Origin: Mobula hypostoma
Lineage: Eukaryota
Direction of reading: 5' to 3'
Assembly (NCBI RefSeq): GCF_963921235.1
Contig: NC_086109.1
Span: 22,570,001-22,634,000 of the forward strand
DNA: 64,000 bases
Shown in pieces: positions 63,477 to 64,000 of this stretch. The position numbers were made by a program, and so were the translations under genes. A model generated the notes under the pieces. That model saw only the letters and a program-made list of their open reading frames with translations. It ran no database searches and was not told the DNA's origin. Every line of letters begins with the position of its first letter. Position 1 is the stretch's first letter.

Positions 63477-63549
63477 AAGAGAGGGATCAATGGGGAGAGA
63501 TGAATAGACAATGGAGTTGCTTTGCCACAACCCAAAGGTAATAAATGCT

Positions 63550-63680
63550 GACACGAGAAAATCTGCAGATGCTGGAAATTCAAGCAACGCACACACAAAA
63601 CGCTGGTGGAACGCAGCAGGCCAGGCAGCATCTATAGGAAGAAGTACAGTCGATGGTTCGGGTCCAGACCCTTCGTCAGG
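63550..63680 (-). mobile_element. Penelope-like terminal fragment with near-intact hammerhead
   Basis: Minus CCTGACGA AGGGTCTGGACCC GAACC ATC GACTG; GAAA mutated to GAAC. Confidence 0.8.
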
Positions 63681-64000
63681 TAATAAATGCTGGTCTTGTC
63701 TGTGATGTCCACATCCTAAAAATATATATGTCGTAGGACTTGAGCTGTCTTTAGCTTCAACTCGCTTTGAGTCATTTAGCACAGAAACAGACGTTCTGTA
63801 TTAATGGAGACACAAGAGACTGCAAGTGCTGGAATCAAGATTAAAATTAGCTTTATTTGTCACATGTATAGTGAAGCATCAAAGCATTCACTGAGGTGCG
63901 TTGCTTGTGTCAACAACCAATATGGTCCGAGGATGTGCTGGGGCCAGTCAGCAAGTGTCTCCATGCTTTTGGCACCTACATAGTATGCCCACAACTTGCT

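Larger units (their letters stand above)
61428..63480 (-). mobile_element. Penelope-like element 3' half, split by a solo LTR
   Basis: Sequence either side of the LTR rejoins to match the copy at 41001-41430 (gggaggtgatggg|...gcaagg.gataaggtgaga). Confidence 0.85.

Noticed and set aside
63111..63782. 223-aa ORF as an intact gene
   Set aside because: Chimeric read-through: unrelated DNA, then a Penelope terminal repeat, then a GIY-YIG fragment that frameshifts before its end; no RT domain.
21620..64000. Exons of expected syntenic neighbours (AMIGO1, GNAI3 in mammals)
   Set aside because: No LRR/Ig or G-alpha coding sequence recognised in the ORF track; short or non-coding exons cannot be excluded.

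Overview
This is eukaryotic, repeat-dense vertebrate genomic DNA. The repeat families (HE1/V-SINE-like tRNA SINEs, Deu-domain SINEs, CR1, Rex1/Babar, abundant Penelope-like elements) point to a cartilaginous fish, probably a ray; this is an inference. The only intact protein-coding gene I can support is the orphan class A GPCR GPR61 (2928..4274, minus strand, intronless CDS). It has a likely splice acceptor at 4622/4623 and a candidate CpG-rich promoter/first exon about 16-17 kb away (~20.8-21.6 kb) that carries an RE1/NRSE-like site. The rest is intron or intergenic DNA made mostly of transposon relics. The most notable observations are: (1) a family of minimal type-I hammerhead ribozyme motifs in Penelope-like repeats, with one intact copy at 14387..14424; (2) an internally deleted Tc1 element very close to salmonid Sleeping Beauty, nested in a Passport-like Tc1, which suggests horizontal transfer; (3) an hAT transposon with an 8-bp TSD containing a ~350-bp palindromic MITE; (4) a 1.25-kb solo LTR inside a Penelope element; (5) an unclassified permuted/inverted repeat at 42-43.7 kb. 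Family names and similarities come from memory, not database searches. Boundaries of old repeats are approximate unless a TSD or TIR is quoted.
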